Shown here: positions 1-9,179 of the stretch, one piece after another | Position numbering within the stretch: the stretch's first letter is position 1 | Layout of the letters: every line of letters begins with the position of its first letter | DNA from: a virus | Taxonomy: Duplodnaviria > Caudoviricetes | IMG/VR virus record: IMGVR_UViG_3300020043_003224 | Location: 1 to 27,098 of that record | Direction: 5' to 3' (one strand) | Length of the DNA stretch: 27,098 nt | The notes under the pieces: model-generated | Databases searched by the model: none | The model's input: only the letters and a program-made list of their open reading frames with translations | Told to the model about the DNA's origin: nothing | Program-made: the position numbers and the translations under genes

Positions 1-123
1 TGGCTAGGTGGTGCGCCTACAGCGGGTAATGCTAGTGGTATTGATAGCTATCGTTATTTGATTATCAAGACTGGTAGTGCAACCTTTACAGTCTTGGCAA
101 GCAACACACAATTTAAGGCTTAA
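1..123 (+). CDS. 3' end of a tail-fibre-associated virion protein (partial)
   Basis: Frame 1 reads WLGGAPTAGNASGIDSYRYLIIKTGSATFTVLASNTQFKA-stop. Absent from the ORF track; resembles the C-terminal beta-rich module of phage fibre proteins. Confidence 0.7.
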   Translation, partial: WLGGAPTAGNASGIDSYRYLIIKTGSATFTVLASNTQFKA

Positions 124-127
124 CACT

Positions 128-2173
128 ATGCCATTACAAGCAACAAGTGGTGCGGCTTCTTATGATGCCTTTGGTGGTGGTGTTCCTGTTGTGCCTAACT
201 ACATTGAGGAAGTGTTCAGTAGCTACCTATGGACAGGAAACAGCACAACTGGTGGCACTCAAACAATTACAAACAATATTGATTTATCTACAAAAGGTGG
301 AATGGTTTGGGTTAAAGGTAGAAGTGCGGCTTCAAATCATATATTGACAGATACTTCTCGTGGCGTTGGTTCAAGCTCTACTGACAATAATGCTTTGTCA
401 AGTAATTTAACAACCGAAGAAGACTTAGGGTTCATTGATTACGATTATTTGTCAGCTTTTAATACTACTGGTTTTACTGTAAAGCAAGGTGGGACAACAA
501 CAGCGACAAGAGGAACAAACTATAACGCTGTAACCTACGCCTCGTGGACATTCCGAAAGCAACCAAAGTTCTTTGATATTGTGACTTATACGGGAAATGG
601 GACAACGCAAAACATAGCCCACAATCTTGGTGTGTCTCCTGCTGTGGTTATTATTAAGAAGCGTTCCGCAACTAGTAACTGGACTGTGTGGCATAGAAGT
701 TTGACCAGTGGGAATTACATCCTTTTGAATACAACAGCGGCACAAACTACCAGCTCTGCGGTGACGATGTTTGGAGACAACACCACAACAGTTGACCCTA
801 CTTCAACGCAATTTACAGTTGGGCAATCTACACAAGTAAACGAGAATGCATCAAGTCACGTAGCCTACCTATTCGCCCATGACGCAGGAGGCTTTGGACT
901 GACTGGTACAGACAATGTGATTTCGTGTGGGTCTTATACGGGCAATGGAACTGCAACTGGGCCTGATGTGAACTTAGGGTATGAGCCACAGTTCTTGCTT
1001 GTTAAGAATGCATCTGCCGTTGGTAGCTGGTTTATGTGGGATTCCATGCGTGGAATTACAGCAGATGGTTCAGTACAAAACTTAACTGCAAATGCTTCAA
1101 CTGCAGAAACTAATAGCACTTCTGCGATGTCAATTAACGCTACTGGATTTAGCCCAAGGTCGATTGTATTTAGCGGCTCTGGCTCAACTTACATCTACAT
1201 AGCCATTCGTAGAGGCCCAATGAAAGTGCCTACTACTGGCACAAGTGTTTTTAGTCCTGTAGCACGAGCAGGTACAGGAGCTACTGCTTCCATAACAAGT
1301 GCTGGATTTTCGCCTGATTTAGTGGCAATAAAATCTCGCGATGCGGCTTATTCAAATGCATGGACAGATAGGCTTCGTGGAAACGGTCTGATTTTGTTTA
1401 CAGATGCTACTGTAATTGACCAAAATTATGGGTCAACGTCAGTAAATTTAACAAGCAATATGGGTGTAAGTTTAAGTTCAGAAACTTTGGTAAATCAAAG
1501 CGGAACAAATTACATCAATTACTTATTTAGACGTGCCCCCAGCTTCTTTGATGAGGTTTGCTATACAGGGACTGGTGTTGCAAGGACTATTAGCCACAAC
1601 TTAGGCGTTGCGCCTGAGTTAATTATTGTTAAAGCTAGAAACGATAGTACGAATTGGGGTGTGTATTCAAAACCAACAACTGCTCTTCGATACCTATTTT
1701 TGCAGTCAAACGCTGCGCTTCAGCCAGATACACCTTTGTCAATTTGGAATGATACAGAACCAACGGCATCTGTTTTTAGTTTAGCCGGAAGTTCAGCAAC
1801 TGATTACACAACTGTTAACGATGGCGCTGGCATCAACTACGTCGCCTACCTCTTTGCAACTTGCCCAGCCGTTTCAAAAGTAGGTTCATACACAGGAACA
1901 GGAACAACTAAGCAGATTGATTGTGGTTTTACAAGTGGCGCTAGGTTTGTGCTTATCAAACGCACAAATTCAACTGGCGACTGGTATGTATGGGACTCTG
2001 CCCGTGGCATCGTTAGCGGTAACGACCCGTATCTGATCTTGAACGACAATCCCGCAGAAGTCACCAACACTGACTATGTAGACACCTACTCTGCTGGTTT
2101 TGAAATCAGTAGCACAGCACCTGCGGCGATCAACGCCAACGGTGGTAGTTTTATTTTCTTTGCCGTGGCCTAG
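128..2173 (+). CDS. Tail fibre/receptor-binding-like protein with about six internal ~110-aa repeats (DUF7483-like)
   Basis: ATG at 128 just after the upstream stop is preferred to 77. Recurrent YTGNG/YTGTG...HNLGxxPxxxIxKxR...W...YxAYLF units; Ser/Thr/Gly-rich; followed by a fibre chaperone. Confidence 0.75.
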   Translation: MPLQATSGAASYDAFGGGVPVVPNYIEEVFSSYLWTGNSTTGGTQTITNNIDLSTKGGMVWVKGRSAASNHILTDTSRGVGSSSTDNNALSSNLTTEEDLGFIDYDYLSAFNTTGFTVKQGGTTTATRGTNYNAVTYASWTFRKQPKFFDIVTYTGNGTTQNIAHNLGVSPAVVIIKKRSATSNWTVWHRSLTSGNYILLNTTAAQTTSSAVTMFGDNTTTVDPTSTQFTVGQSTQVNENASSHVAYLFAHDAGGFGLTGTDNVISCGSYTGNGTATGPDVNLGYEPQFLLVKNASAVGSWFMWDSMRGITADGSVQNLTANASTAETNSTSAMSINATGFSPRSIVFSGSGSTYIYIAIRRGPMKVPTTGTSVFSPVARAGTGATASITSAGFSPDLVAIKSRDAAYSNAWTDRLRGNGLILFTDATVIDQNYGSTSVNLTSNMGVSLSSETLVNQSGTNYINYLFRRAPSFFDEVCYTGTGVARTISHNLGVAPELIIVKARNDSTNWGVYSKPTTALRYLFLQSNAALQPDTPLSIWNDTEPTASVFSLAGSSATDYTTVNDGAGINYVAYLFATCPAVSKVGSYTGTGTTKQIDCGFTSGARFVLIKRTNSTGDWYVWDSARGIVSGNDPYLILNDNPAEVTNTDYVDTYSAGFEISSTAPAAINANGGSFIFFAVA

Positions 2174-2188
2174 ACATAAGGAAGCATC

Positions 2189-2629
2189 ATGGAAATCAGA
2201 ATCAGACAATCAGGCGCAGTAGTCACCGATGGTGAGTTCCGTGCCATGTTCCCTAACACGGGATTCCCTGTCCAACTGACAGAACAGATCATCAACGACT
2301 TTGGTGGTGATGTGGTCTTTGAAGGCCCACAAGCTCAACCAACACGCTATCAGGTTGGATTCCGTGATGGCGTAGAGCAAATCAATGGCAAGTGGTTCAC
2401 CAAGTATTCCGTGTCCGACATGGACGATGAAGCTAAAGCGGCTTTAGATGCACAACAGGCTAAGTCTGTGCGTAATGACCGCACCAATCGCTTATCTGAG
2501 TCTGATTGGACGCAACTTGCTGATGCGCCTGTTGATAAAACAGCTTGGGCTACTTATCGTCAAGCCTTGCGTGATGTGACGACTCAAGAGGGTTTCCCTT
2601 GGTCTGTTTCTTGGCCTGTTAAGCCTTAA
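2189..2629 (+). CDS. Phage tail (fibre) assembly chaperone-like protein
   Basis: C-terminal RxxRxxxLxxSDWTQLxDAP...WxxYRQALRD...FP...WP signature. Confidence 0.85.
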   Translation: MEIRIRQSGAVVTDGEFRAMFPNTGFPVQLTEQIINDFGGDVVFEGPQAQPTRYQVGFRDGVEQINGKWFTKYSVSDMDDEAKAALDAQQAKSVRNDRTNRLSESDWTQLADAPVDKTAWATYRQALRDVTTQEGFPWSVSWPVKP

Positions 2630-2640
2630 ACGGAAGAAAA

Positions 2641-2880
2641 ATGACCCCTGAACTACAAAAGTATTACGAAGATCGTTTTTCCATGATGGCGACTCAAGGA
2701 TGGAAAGATTTACTTGAGGATATTGACAACATGGTAAACGCTTTGAATAATATATCCGTAGTTCAGGATGAGAAAGACCTCATGTACAAGAAAGGCGAAT
2801 TGTCTATCTTGACTTGGCTGAAAACCTTGAAAGAGGTCAGCGAACGGGCTTATGAGGAACTGAATGAAAAGAATGTATGA
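2641..2880 (+). CDS. Small phage head-module hypothetical protein
   Basis: 79-aa helical ORF in the operon, overlapping the next gene, upstream of scaffold. Confidence 0.75.
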   Translation: MTPELQKYYEDRFSMMATQGWKDLLEDIDNMVNALNNISVVQDEKDLMYKKGELSILTWLKTLKEVSERAYEELNEKNV

Positions 2881-3097
2881 ATTTGTGTGTGGTGAATGCC
2901 ACCATGTCACTGAGAAACTGACTGGTTATGAGACAGTCGATGTCCAGTGTAATGCCTGCGGTAACTCCGCAGTACGCAAACTAAGTGCTCCAGCAATCAA
3001 GTTGGAAGGATGGTCTGGGAGTTTCCCAGGTGCGGCTAACAAGTTTGACCGCATACATCGTGAAAAGTTGGCTGCGGAGCAAAAAGCGAACTCATAA
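2864..3097 (+). CDS. FmdB-family zinc-ribbon protein
   Basis: MYEFxCxxC...CxxCG...RKLSAP pattern. Confidence 0.8.
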   Translation: MKRMYEFVCGECHHVTEKLTGYETVDVQCNACGNSAVRKLSAPAIKLEGWSGSFPGAANKFDRIHREKLAAEQKANS

Positions 3098-3156
3098 ACA
3101 AGGTGTTGTCGAGTTCATATCTCCTAGAACCGTAACGGCAGGAAAAGGAAAAAACC

Positions 3157-3918
3157 ATGCTAGTTGACAATGAAGACGAGAAGTTGGGTGAGGAAATCAA
3201 GATTGAAGAACAGACCCTAGAAAAGTCTGTTGAGCCAGCAACTTCAGAGATTCCCGAGAAATATCGGGGTAAGTCCCTAGAAGACATCGTAAGGATGCAC
3301 CAAGAGGCTGAAAAGTTGATTGGTAAGCAGGCTCAAGAGGTTGGCGAAGTTCGCAAACTTGCTGATGAACTCATCAAACAGAACCTCGGTGTCAAGCAAC
3401 AAATGGTTAAAGAGGAAGAGCCTGAAGTAGATTTCTTTGAGAATCCTCAGAAGGCTGTTCAGAAGACTGTTGAGAAGCATCCTGATGTATTGGCGGCCCG
3501 TCAAGCGGCTTCCGAGTTCAGGAAGATGCAGACTCAGCAAAGGTTGTCACAAGTTCACCCAGACATGGGCGAGATTGTGAAAGACCAAGGCTTTGCAGAT
3601 TGGGTTAAAGGCTCTTCAGTGCGCCTAGCCTTGTTTGCCAGAGCTAATGCTGAGTATGACTTTGAGGCGGCTAATGAACTGCTTTCCACCTATAAGCAGC
3701 TTCGTGGCGTAAAGGCAAAGCAGACTGAGAATGCTGGAGAGCAGCTCAGAAAGCAGAACCTAAAGGCTGTTGGAGTTGACAGTGGTGGTACTGGAGAGTC
3801 TACAAAGCGAGTTTACCGACGGGCCGACCTTATTCGGCTGAAGATGACTGACCCTGGAAGGTATGAGGCACTCTCAGATGAGATCATGCAGGCTTACCAA
3901 GAGGGTCGTGTGAAGTAA
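3157..3918 (+). CDS. Capsid scaffolding protein
   Basis: Acidic N-terminus, coiled-coil, IPEKYRGKS and C-terminal AYQEGRVK; directly upstream of the major capsid gene. Confidence 0.8.
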   Translation: MLVDNEDEKLGEEIKIEEQTLEKSVEPATSEIPEKYRGKSLEDIVRMHQEAEKLIGKQAQEVGEVRKLADELIKQNLGVKQQMVKEEEPEVDFFENPQKAVQKTVEKHPDVLAARQAASEFRKMQTQQRLSQVHPDMGEIVKDQGFADWVKGSSVRLALFARANAEYDFEAANELLSTYKQLRGVKAKQTENAGEQLRKQNLKAVGVDSGGTGESTKRVYRRADLIRLKMTDPGRYEALSDEIMQAYQEGRVK

Positions 3919-3938
3919 CTTTTTTTGGAGATTGAATC

Positions 3939-4910
3939 ATGGCAACAGCTTTTTCCCCAGCAAACAGTGTAACGACCACTACCGCAGCAACTTTCATTCC
4001 TGAGATTTGGAGTGATGAGATTGTTGCCGCCTATAAGAAGAACCTTGTGATGGCGAACCTCGTCAAGCGCATGAACTTCAAAGGCAAGAAAGGCGACACC
4101 GTTCATGTCCCCGCTCCCACCCGTGGTAGCGCCAACGCCAAGACTGCCACCAATGCAGTGACCTTGATCGTTGCGACTGAAACCGAAGTGCAAGTTTCCA
4201 TCAACAAGCACTACGAATACAGCCGTTTGATCGAAGACATCGTTGAAGTGCAAGCCCTGACCAGCCTGCGTTCTTTCTACACGGAAGACGCTGGTTACGC
4301 CCTGGCAAAGCAGATCGACGCTGACTTGGTGCAATTGGGTCGTGCTTTCAACGGTGCTACCGTTGGCACTGATGACTACGCCACCAGCAACTCGTCCACC
4401 AAAGCCTATATTGGCTCTGATGGCACGACTGCTTACAACTCGACCACTTCCAATGCCGCCGCCCTGACTGATGCTGCCATTCGCCGCACCATTCAGCGTC
4501 TGGACGACAACGATGTGCCGATGGATGGTCGTTTCTTCATCATCCCCCCGTCGAGCCGCAACACCCTGATGGGCTTGGCTCGCTACACCGAGCAGGCTTT
4601 TGTGGGTGACGGCAACGCCATCCGTAATGGTGAGATCGGCAACCTGTACGGCATCCCCGTGTTTGTGACCAGCAATGCCGACTTTGGCGCTGGTAACAGC
4701 GGTGCTGACCGTATCTGCTTGATGGGCCATCGTGATTCGATGGTTCTGGTTGAGCAGATGGGTGTTCGTACCCAGACCCAGTACAAGCAAGAATACCTTG
4801 CTAACTTGCTGACCGCTGATACTCTGTACGGCGTGAAAGCAATGCGTACTGCGGCTACAACTGGTGCGGCTCTGTCTTCCAGCGCCTTCGCTCTGGCTGT
4901 TCCTGCCTAA
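3939..4910 (+). CDS. Major capsid protein (HK97 fold, P22/T7-like)
   Basis: FIPEIWS...KGDTVHVP...G.IG.LYGIPVF.SN...DTLYGVK motifs; GGAG RBS; strong codon bias; followed by a terminator. Confidence 0.92.
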   Translation: MATAFSPANSVTTTTAATFIPEIWSDEIVAAYKKNLVMANLVKRMNFKGKKGDTVHVPAPTRGSANAKTATNAVTLIVATETEVQVSINKHYEYSRLIEDIVEVQALTSLRSFYTEDAGYALAKQIDADLVQLGRAFNGATVGTDDYATSNSSTKAYIGSDGTTAYNSTTSNAAALTDAAIRRTIQRLDDNDVPMDGRFFIIPPSSRNTLMGLARYTEQAFVGDGNAIRNGEIGNLYGIPVFVTSNADFGAGNSGADRICLMGHRDSMVLVEQMGVRTQTQYKQEYLANLLTADTLYGVKAMRTAATTGAALSSSAFALAVPA

Positions 4911-4918
4911 TTGCAGTT

Positions 4919-4958
4919 GCCATCCCCTTCCCTGACGGGCGGGGGGTGGTCTTTTTTT
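4919..4958 (+). terminator. Rho-independent terminator after capsid gene
   Basis: GCCATCCCC...GGGGTGGT stem followed by T7. Confidence 0.75.
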
Positions 4959-4982
4959 AATCTGTAATTGGAGGAATGAAAA

Positions 4983-5312
4983 ATGGCAAACGCAACTTCC
5001 GTTGTTGTCCGTCAAGGTAACGACCAATTTCGGGGCTTGTTCTCTGATACTTGGTTAGTTCGTGCGACCCTAAACGCTGATAGTCTTGCCGATGGCGCTG
5101 GTGACACCGATACGGTGGCAGTTCCTGGCGTGGCTCTTGGTGATATGGTAATTGGCGCCTCTTTGGGCGTTGATCTTGTTGGTTTGACTGTGACTGGCTA
5201 TGTGTCAGCAGCCAATACTGTCAGCATCCGTTTCCAGAACGAATCTGGTGGCACTGTTGACTTGGCTTCTAGCACACTTCGACTTGTCATCGTTCGACCG
5301 CTGGCGGTGTAA
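4983..5312 (+). CDS. Putative capsid decoration/cement protein
   Basis: 109-aa beta-rich protein right after the capsid gene with a GGAGG RBS. Function inferred from position. Confidence 0.6.
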   Translation: MANATSVVVRQGNDQFRGLFSDTWLVRATLNADSLADGAGDTDTVAVPGVALGDMVIGASLGVDLVGLTVTGYVSAANTVSIRFQNESGGTVDLASSTLRLVIVRPLAV

Positions 5313-5317
5313 ACAAT

Positions 5318-5344
5318 AGGGGGGCTAATAACCCCCCTTCTCTT
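5318..5344 (+). terminator. Probable terminator hairpin
   Basis: AGGGGGG-ctaataa-CCCCCCT followed by a short pyrimidine tail. Confidence 0.6.
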
Positions 5345-5357
5345 ATCAGAGGCTTTC

Positions 5358-5591
5358 ATGGCAACATTTCGCTGCAAGAGAAGCGGTCAGACCGTAACTT
5401 TTACACTTCAGCATGACATTGATAGCATGAGAGGTCATCCTGACTATGTGCTGGTAGATGAAGAGACTAATGAGGAAAAACCCTTAGTCAATCATGATGC
5501 TGTTAGGACTGACACTGCTTTCAGTGCGCCTGTGCCTCCAAGGAAGAAACTTGGTCGTCCACGCAAAGAGGTAGCAAATGTCGGAGATTGA
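5358..5591 (+). CDS. Hypothetical protein with C-terminal AT-hook-like motif
   Basis: KKLGRPRK near the C-terminus; in operon. Confidence 0.7.
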   Translation: MATFRCKRSGQTVTFTLQHDIDSMRGHPDYVLVDEETNEEKPLVNHDAVRTDTAFSAPVPPRKKLGRPRKEVANVGD

Positions 5592-5784
5592 TGCTCGTGA
5601 GTTTGGTCAACTGGAGGCTGAAGTTCGTCAGCTTCAGAAAGATGTGACTGAACTCCGTGATGATGTAAAGAAACTGCTTGCACTTGCCAATAAGAGCAAG
5701 GGTGGGCTATGGATGGGAATGGCAATGGCCTCCTTTATTGGGGGGTTAGTCACTTTTGTAACTGGAAGATTCATAAAGGGGTAA
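5578..5784 (+). CDS. Small coiled-coil plus single-TM membrane protein
   Basis: Heptad-rich N-terminus, then KGGLWMGMAMASFIGGLVTFV. Confidence 0.7.
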   Translation: MSEIDAREFGQLEAEVRQLQKDVTELRDDVKKLLALANKSKGGLWMGMAMASFIGGLVTFVTGRFIKG

Positions 5785-5787
5785 ATC

Positions 5788-5958
5788 ATGCCGATGGTTG
5801 ACGGAAAGAAGTATCCTTACACGAAAAAAGGTAAGCAAGAGGCGGCTAGTGCCAAGATCAGCAAACTGCGTAAAGAGGGAATGCCTCAGAAACAGGCGGT
5901 TGCTGTTGGTTTGAGCATGGCTGGACTGTCCAAGCCCAAGAAAAAGGCTAAAAAGTGA
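5788..5958 (+). CDS. Small basic protein, 56 aa (not in ORF track)
   Basis: MPMVDGKKYPYTKKGKQEAASAKISKLRKEGMPQKQAVAVGLSMAGLSKPKKKAKK; AAGGGG RBS; fills the operon gap. Confidence 0.75.
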   Translation: MPMVDGKKYPYTKKGKQEAASAKISKLRKEGMPQKQAVAVGLSMAGLSKPKKKAKK

Positions 5959-6128
5959 AGAAATCAACGGTTAACGCCGCTGGTAACTACACCAAGCCGA
6001 CCATGAGAAAGCGCCTTTTTGAGCAAATTAAGGCGGGTTCTAAGGGTGGCGACCCTGGCGAGTGGTCTGCTCGTAAGGCGCAGATGTTGGCTAGGGAATA
6101 CAAGAAGGCTGGCGGGGGATACAAGTGA
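5955..6128 (+). CDS. Small basic protein, DUF5872-like, 57 aa (not in ORF track)
   Basis: GTG start overlapping the previous stop (GTGA); NYTKPTMRKRLFEQIKAGSKGGDPGEWSARKAQMLAREYKKAGGGYK. Confidence 0.75.
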   Translation: MKKSTVNAAGNYTKPTMRKRLFEQIKAGSKGGDPGEWSARKAQMLAREYKKAGGGYK

Positions 6129-6355
6129 AAAAGCCCCAACAAAGCCTGAAAAACTGGAGTGAGCAGAACTGGCGCACTTCGGATGGTTCGCCTTCTAAGG
6201 GCAAAAAACGCTATTTGCCTGATGCAGCATGGAAAGCGCTGTCTGCTGGTGAGAAAGCGGCTACAAACAGGGCAAAAGCGGCTGGAAACAAGCAGGGCAA
6301 GCAGTTTGTCAAGCAACCAGCCTCCATTGCCAAGAAAACAGCCAAATACCGCTAG
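6125..6355 (+). CDS. Small basic hypothetical protein
   Basis: GTGA overlap; QQSLKNWSEQNWRT...RYLPDAAWKALS...GKQFV. Confidence 0.75.
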   Translation: MKKPQQSLKNWSEQNWRTSDGSPSKGKKRYLPDAAWKALSAGEKAATNRAKAAGNKQGKQFVKQPASIAKKTAKYR

Positions 6356-6366
6356 AAAGGCGTTTT

Positions 6367-6666
6367 ATGAAGACTCCTGCATGGCAAAGAAAAGAGGGGA
6401 AATCTGCTAGTGGGGGGTTGAATGCCAAGGGCAGAGCCTCTTATAATGCGTCAACAGGGGGCAATTTGAAGCCTCCAGTTAAAAGCGGCGACAACCCTCG
6501 ACGGGCCTCCTTCTTGGCAAGAATGGGCAATATGCCTGGGCCTGAATACAAAGATGGGGAGCCGACAAGACTACTCCTATCCCTCAGAGCCTGGGGTGCA
6601 AGCTCAAAAGCAGATGCCAAGGCGAAAGCCAAGGCAATTTCTGCCAGAAACAAGGCAAAGAGGTGA
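6367..6666 (+). CDS. Basic phage protein (DUF6321-like)
   Basis: PAWQRKEGK..GGLNAKGRASYN...RRASFLARM pattern recalled from phage proteins. Confidence 0.7.
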   Translation: MKTPAWQRKEGKSASGGLNAKGRASYNASTGGNLKPPVKSGDNPRRASFLARMGNMPGPEYKDGEPTRLLLSLRAWGASSKADAKAKAKAISARNKAKR

Positions 6667-6669
6667 TCA

Positions 6670-7332
6670 ATGGCTCTGCCGACATATCTTGAGATCGTAA
6701 ACGATGTCCTCGCTCGTATGCGTGAGACTACTGTTACGACTGTCGATCAAACAACCACATCAGCACTGGTTGGCAAGTTTGTTAACGATGCAAAGCGGCA
6801 AGTCAATGATGCTTTTGACTGGTCTGCATTGAATACTTCTGTCAATGTCACCTTGGTTTCTGGACAAACCAACAATTACACCCTGACTGGCTCAACAGCC
6901 AAATTCAAGATTGTTGACATTATCAATACAACGAAGTTTTACCAAGTCGGACTGGTTTCGGCTGCTAGGTATGACACGATGTATTACTCAACAGCCACCC
7001 CTCCGAGCACCCTTGTGAACTATGTTGCACTAGATGGATTGGACTCTAACGGCGATCAAAAGATCAAGTTTTATCCTGCTCCTAGTTCTGCCGACAATGT
7101 CCGTTTCTCAATCATTGTCCCTGAAGTAGATTTCAGTGCTGACACGGACACAACCAAGATGCCTAAAGATGCAATCATTTTTGGTGCTTTGGCTCGTGCT
7201 TTGGTTGAGCGTGGAGAAGACGGTGGATTAAGTTCTTCTGAGGCTTTTGGCCTGTATCGTGCAGCATTGGCTGATGCGATTGCCATTGAGAACTCTCGTG
7301 ACCCGAGCAAATACGCATTTGAGGCTATTTAA
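6670..7332 (+). CDS. Head-tail adaptor (tail tubular protein A-like)
   Basis: TYLEIVNDVLARMRE...VNDAKRQV...DW; 220 aa; position before the nozzle gene. Confidence 0.7.
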   Translation: MALPTYLEIVNDVLARMRETTVTTVDQTTTSALVGKFVNDAKRQVNDAFDWSALNTSVNVTLVSGQTNNYTLTGSTAKFKIVDIINTTKFYQVGLVSAARYDTMYYSTATPPSTLVNYVALDGLDSNGDQKIKFYPAPSSADNVRFSIIVPEVDFSADTDTTKMPKDAIIFGALARALVERGEDGGLSSSEAFGLYRAALADAIAIENSRDPSKYAFEAI

Positions 7333-8891
7333 TGGCTCAGAGACTGCAAACCTACTCAATCACAGCCCCAGGCTTCTTTGGGCTGAATACGCAAGACTCA
7401 TCTCTTGATCTTGCTTCTGGGTTTGCTTTAGTTGCCAACAACTGCATCATTGACCAGTATGGTCGTATTGGTGCTCGTAAAGGCTGGACGAAGGTCAATT
7501 CTTCTACAAATGCAGACCTTGGAACGAATCAGATTCAGGCGATTGGTGAGTTGATTGCCAATGATGGTACTTCTTACATCATCTGCGCTGGCAACAACAA
7601 GCTATTTAAGGTCAGTGGCACTTCACTGGTGACATTGACCTATGGGGGGGGAGGTACTGCCCCGACAATCAGCGCAAACAATTGGCAGATGGCTACTTTG
7701 AATGGCGTTTTAGTGCTATTCCAGTCAGGCCATGACCCTTTGCAGTTTGACCCAAGTGTTTCCACAACGACTTTCAAGCGCATCAGTGAGGCTACTGGGT
7801 ATGCAGGCACTGTTCAGCTTGGAAACTGTGTTCTATCCGCTTCTGGTCGTCTTTGGAACGCAAGCACATCGACAAATAAAGTTGTTGTTCAATGGTCTGA
7901 CCTGAAAGCACACCAAACTTACACAGGTGGCTCATCTGGAACTCTGGATACGACTACTGTATGGCCTAATGGCACTGACACCATTGAGGCACTAGGCTTT
8001 CACAACGGCTTTTTGTTCATCTTTGGCAAAAACAACATTCTTATTTATACAGGTGTTGATGACCCTGCCACGATGACTTTGTACGATGTTGTGACTGGCA
8101 TTGGCTGTATCGCAAGGGATTCTCTTGCTTACACAGGCACTGATCTTGTTTTCCTGTCTTATACAGGAGTTCGCTCTGTCCTGAGAACCATTGCAGAGAA
8201 GTCTGCGCCTTTTAGAGATTTGTCTAAGAATGTTCGCAACGACTTGATGGCAATTGTGAACAGCGAGACATTGGCAAACATCAATGCTGTCTATTCTCAG
8301 AACGATGCCTTCTATTTGCTCACACTGCCAAGCAGAAGCATTGTTTATTGCTTTGACATGAGGGCTGGATTGCAAGATGGCGCTTCTCGTGTGACCACAT
8401 GGGATTCAATCTTGCCTAGAAGCCTGTTTGCCTCTCAGAATGGCACTTTGTACATTGGCAAAGAAGGCTATTTGGGGACTCATACTGGCTACAACGATGA
8501 CACTGCTACTTATCGGATGCAGTATGAGACAAACCATACTGATCTTGGTGAGCCGACTGTTACAAGTATTCTGAAAAAGATCATTCTGACTGTCATTGGT
8601 GGCTCAAACCAGTATGTAACGATCAAATGGGCGTATGACTTTACTGGTGACTTTCACTCAGAAAATGTATTGATTCCAACGCAAAGTGTTGCTCAATATG
8701 GCATTGCTGAGTATGGGGCGAATGGCTCACCAGTTGCTTACTACGCTGGTGGCATTGCAATTCAAAAATTGTCATCTGCCGCTGATGGCTCTGGAAAAGT
8801 TGTTCAAACTGGATATGAAGCAGAGATCAACGGAAGTCTGTTGAGTTTCCAAAAGATTGAAATTCATGCCAAGAATGGCAAAGTGATTTAA
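7332..8891 (+). CDS. Tail nozzle (tubular protein B / P22 gp10-like beta-propeller)
   Basis: GLNTQDS...N..ID..G.I..RKG start, GIGCIARDS, beta-rich 519 aa. Confidence 0.75.
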   Translation: MAQRLQTYSITAPGFFGLNTQDSSLDLASGFALVANNCIIDQYGRIGARKGWTKVNSSTNADLGTNQIQAIGELIANDGTSYIICAGNNKLFKVSGTSLVTLTYGGGGTAPTISANNWQMATLNGVLVLFQSGHDPLQFDPSVSTTTFKRISEATGYAGTVQLGNCVLSASGRLWNASTSTNKVVVQWSDLKAHQTYTGGSSGTLDTTTVWPNGTDTIEALGFHNGFLFIFGKNNILIYTGVDDPATMTLYDVVTGIGCIARDSLAYTGTDLVFLSYTGVRSVLRTIAEKSAPFRDLSKNVRNDLMAIVNSETLANINAVYSQNDAFYLLTLPSRSIVYCFDMRAGLQDGASRVTTWDSILPRSLFASQNGTLYIGKEGYLGTHTGYNDDTATYRMQYETNHTDLGEPTVTSILKKIILTVIGGSNQYVTIKWAYDFTGDFHSENVLIPTQSVAQYGIAEYGANGSPVAYYAGGIAIQKLSSAADGSGKVVQTGYEAEINGSLLSFQKIEIHAKNGKVI

Positions 8892-8901
8892 GGAACAGAT
8901 C

Positions 8902-9177
8902 ATGTCAAATTACAGTAAGACAACCAACTTCGCTGCCAAGGACTCACTTGCCACTGGCAACGCAAACAAGATTGTTCGTGGAACTGAGATTGATACTGAG
9001 TTCAACAACATTGCTACGGCGATTGCAACAAAGATTGATGGCACATTCACCAACTTCTCATTTGTTGAGACTTCTGGTGTTTTGTACATTGTTTCTAGTG
9101 GCACGAATGTGGCAAAGATTGATGGCTCAGGAAACTTGACTGTGCTTGGCAATGTCATCGCTAACGGGACGGTGTAA
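8902..9177 (+). CDS. Short tail-attached protein (fibre N-terminal anchor-like)
   Basis: KIVRGTEIDTEFNNIATAIATK resembles fibre/needle attachment domains; only 91 aa. Confidence 0.6.
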   Translation: MSNYSKTTNFAAKDSLATGNANKIVRGTEIDTEFNNIATAIATKIDGTFTNFSFVETSGVLYIVSSGTNVAKIDGSGNLTVLGNVIANGTV

Positions 9178-9179
9178 AT

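Noticed and set aside
77-127. Upstream GTG start of the repeat protein
   Set aside because: Overlaps the preceding gene's 3' end; ATG at 128 directly follows its stop.
3894-5027. 377-aa antisense ORF over the capsid gene
   Set aside because: Shadow of the capsid's strong codon bias; no recognisable motifs and opposite to operon direction.
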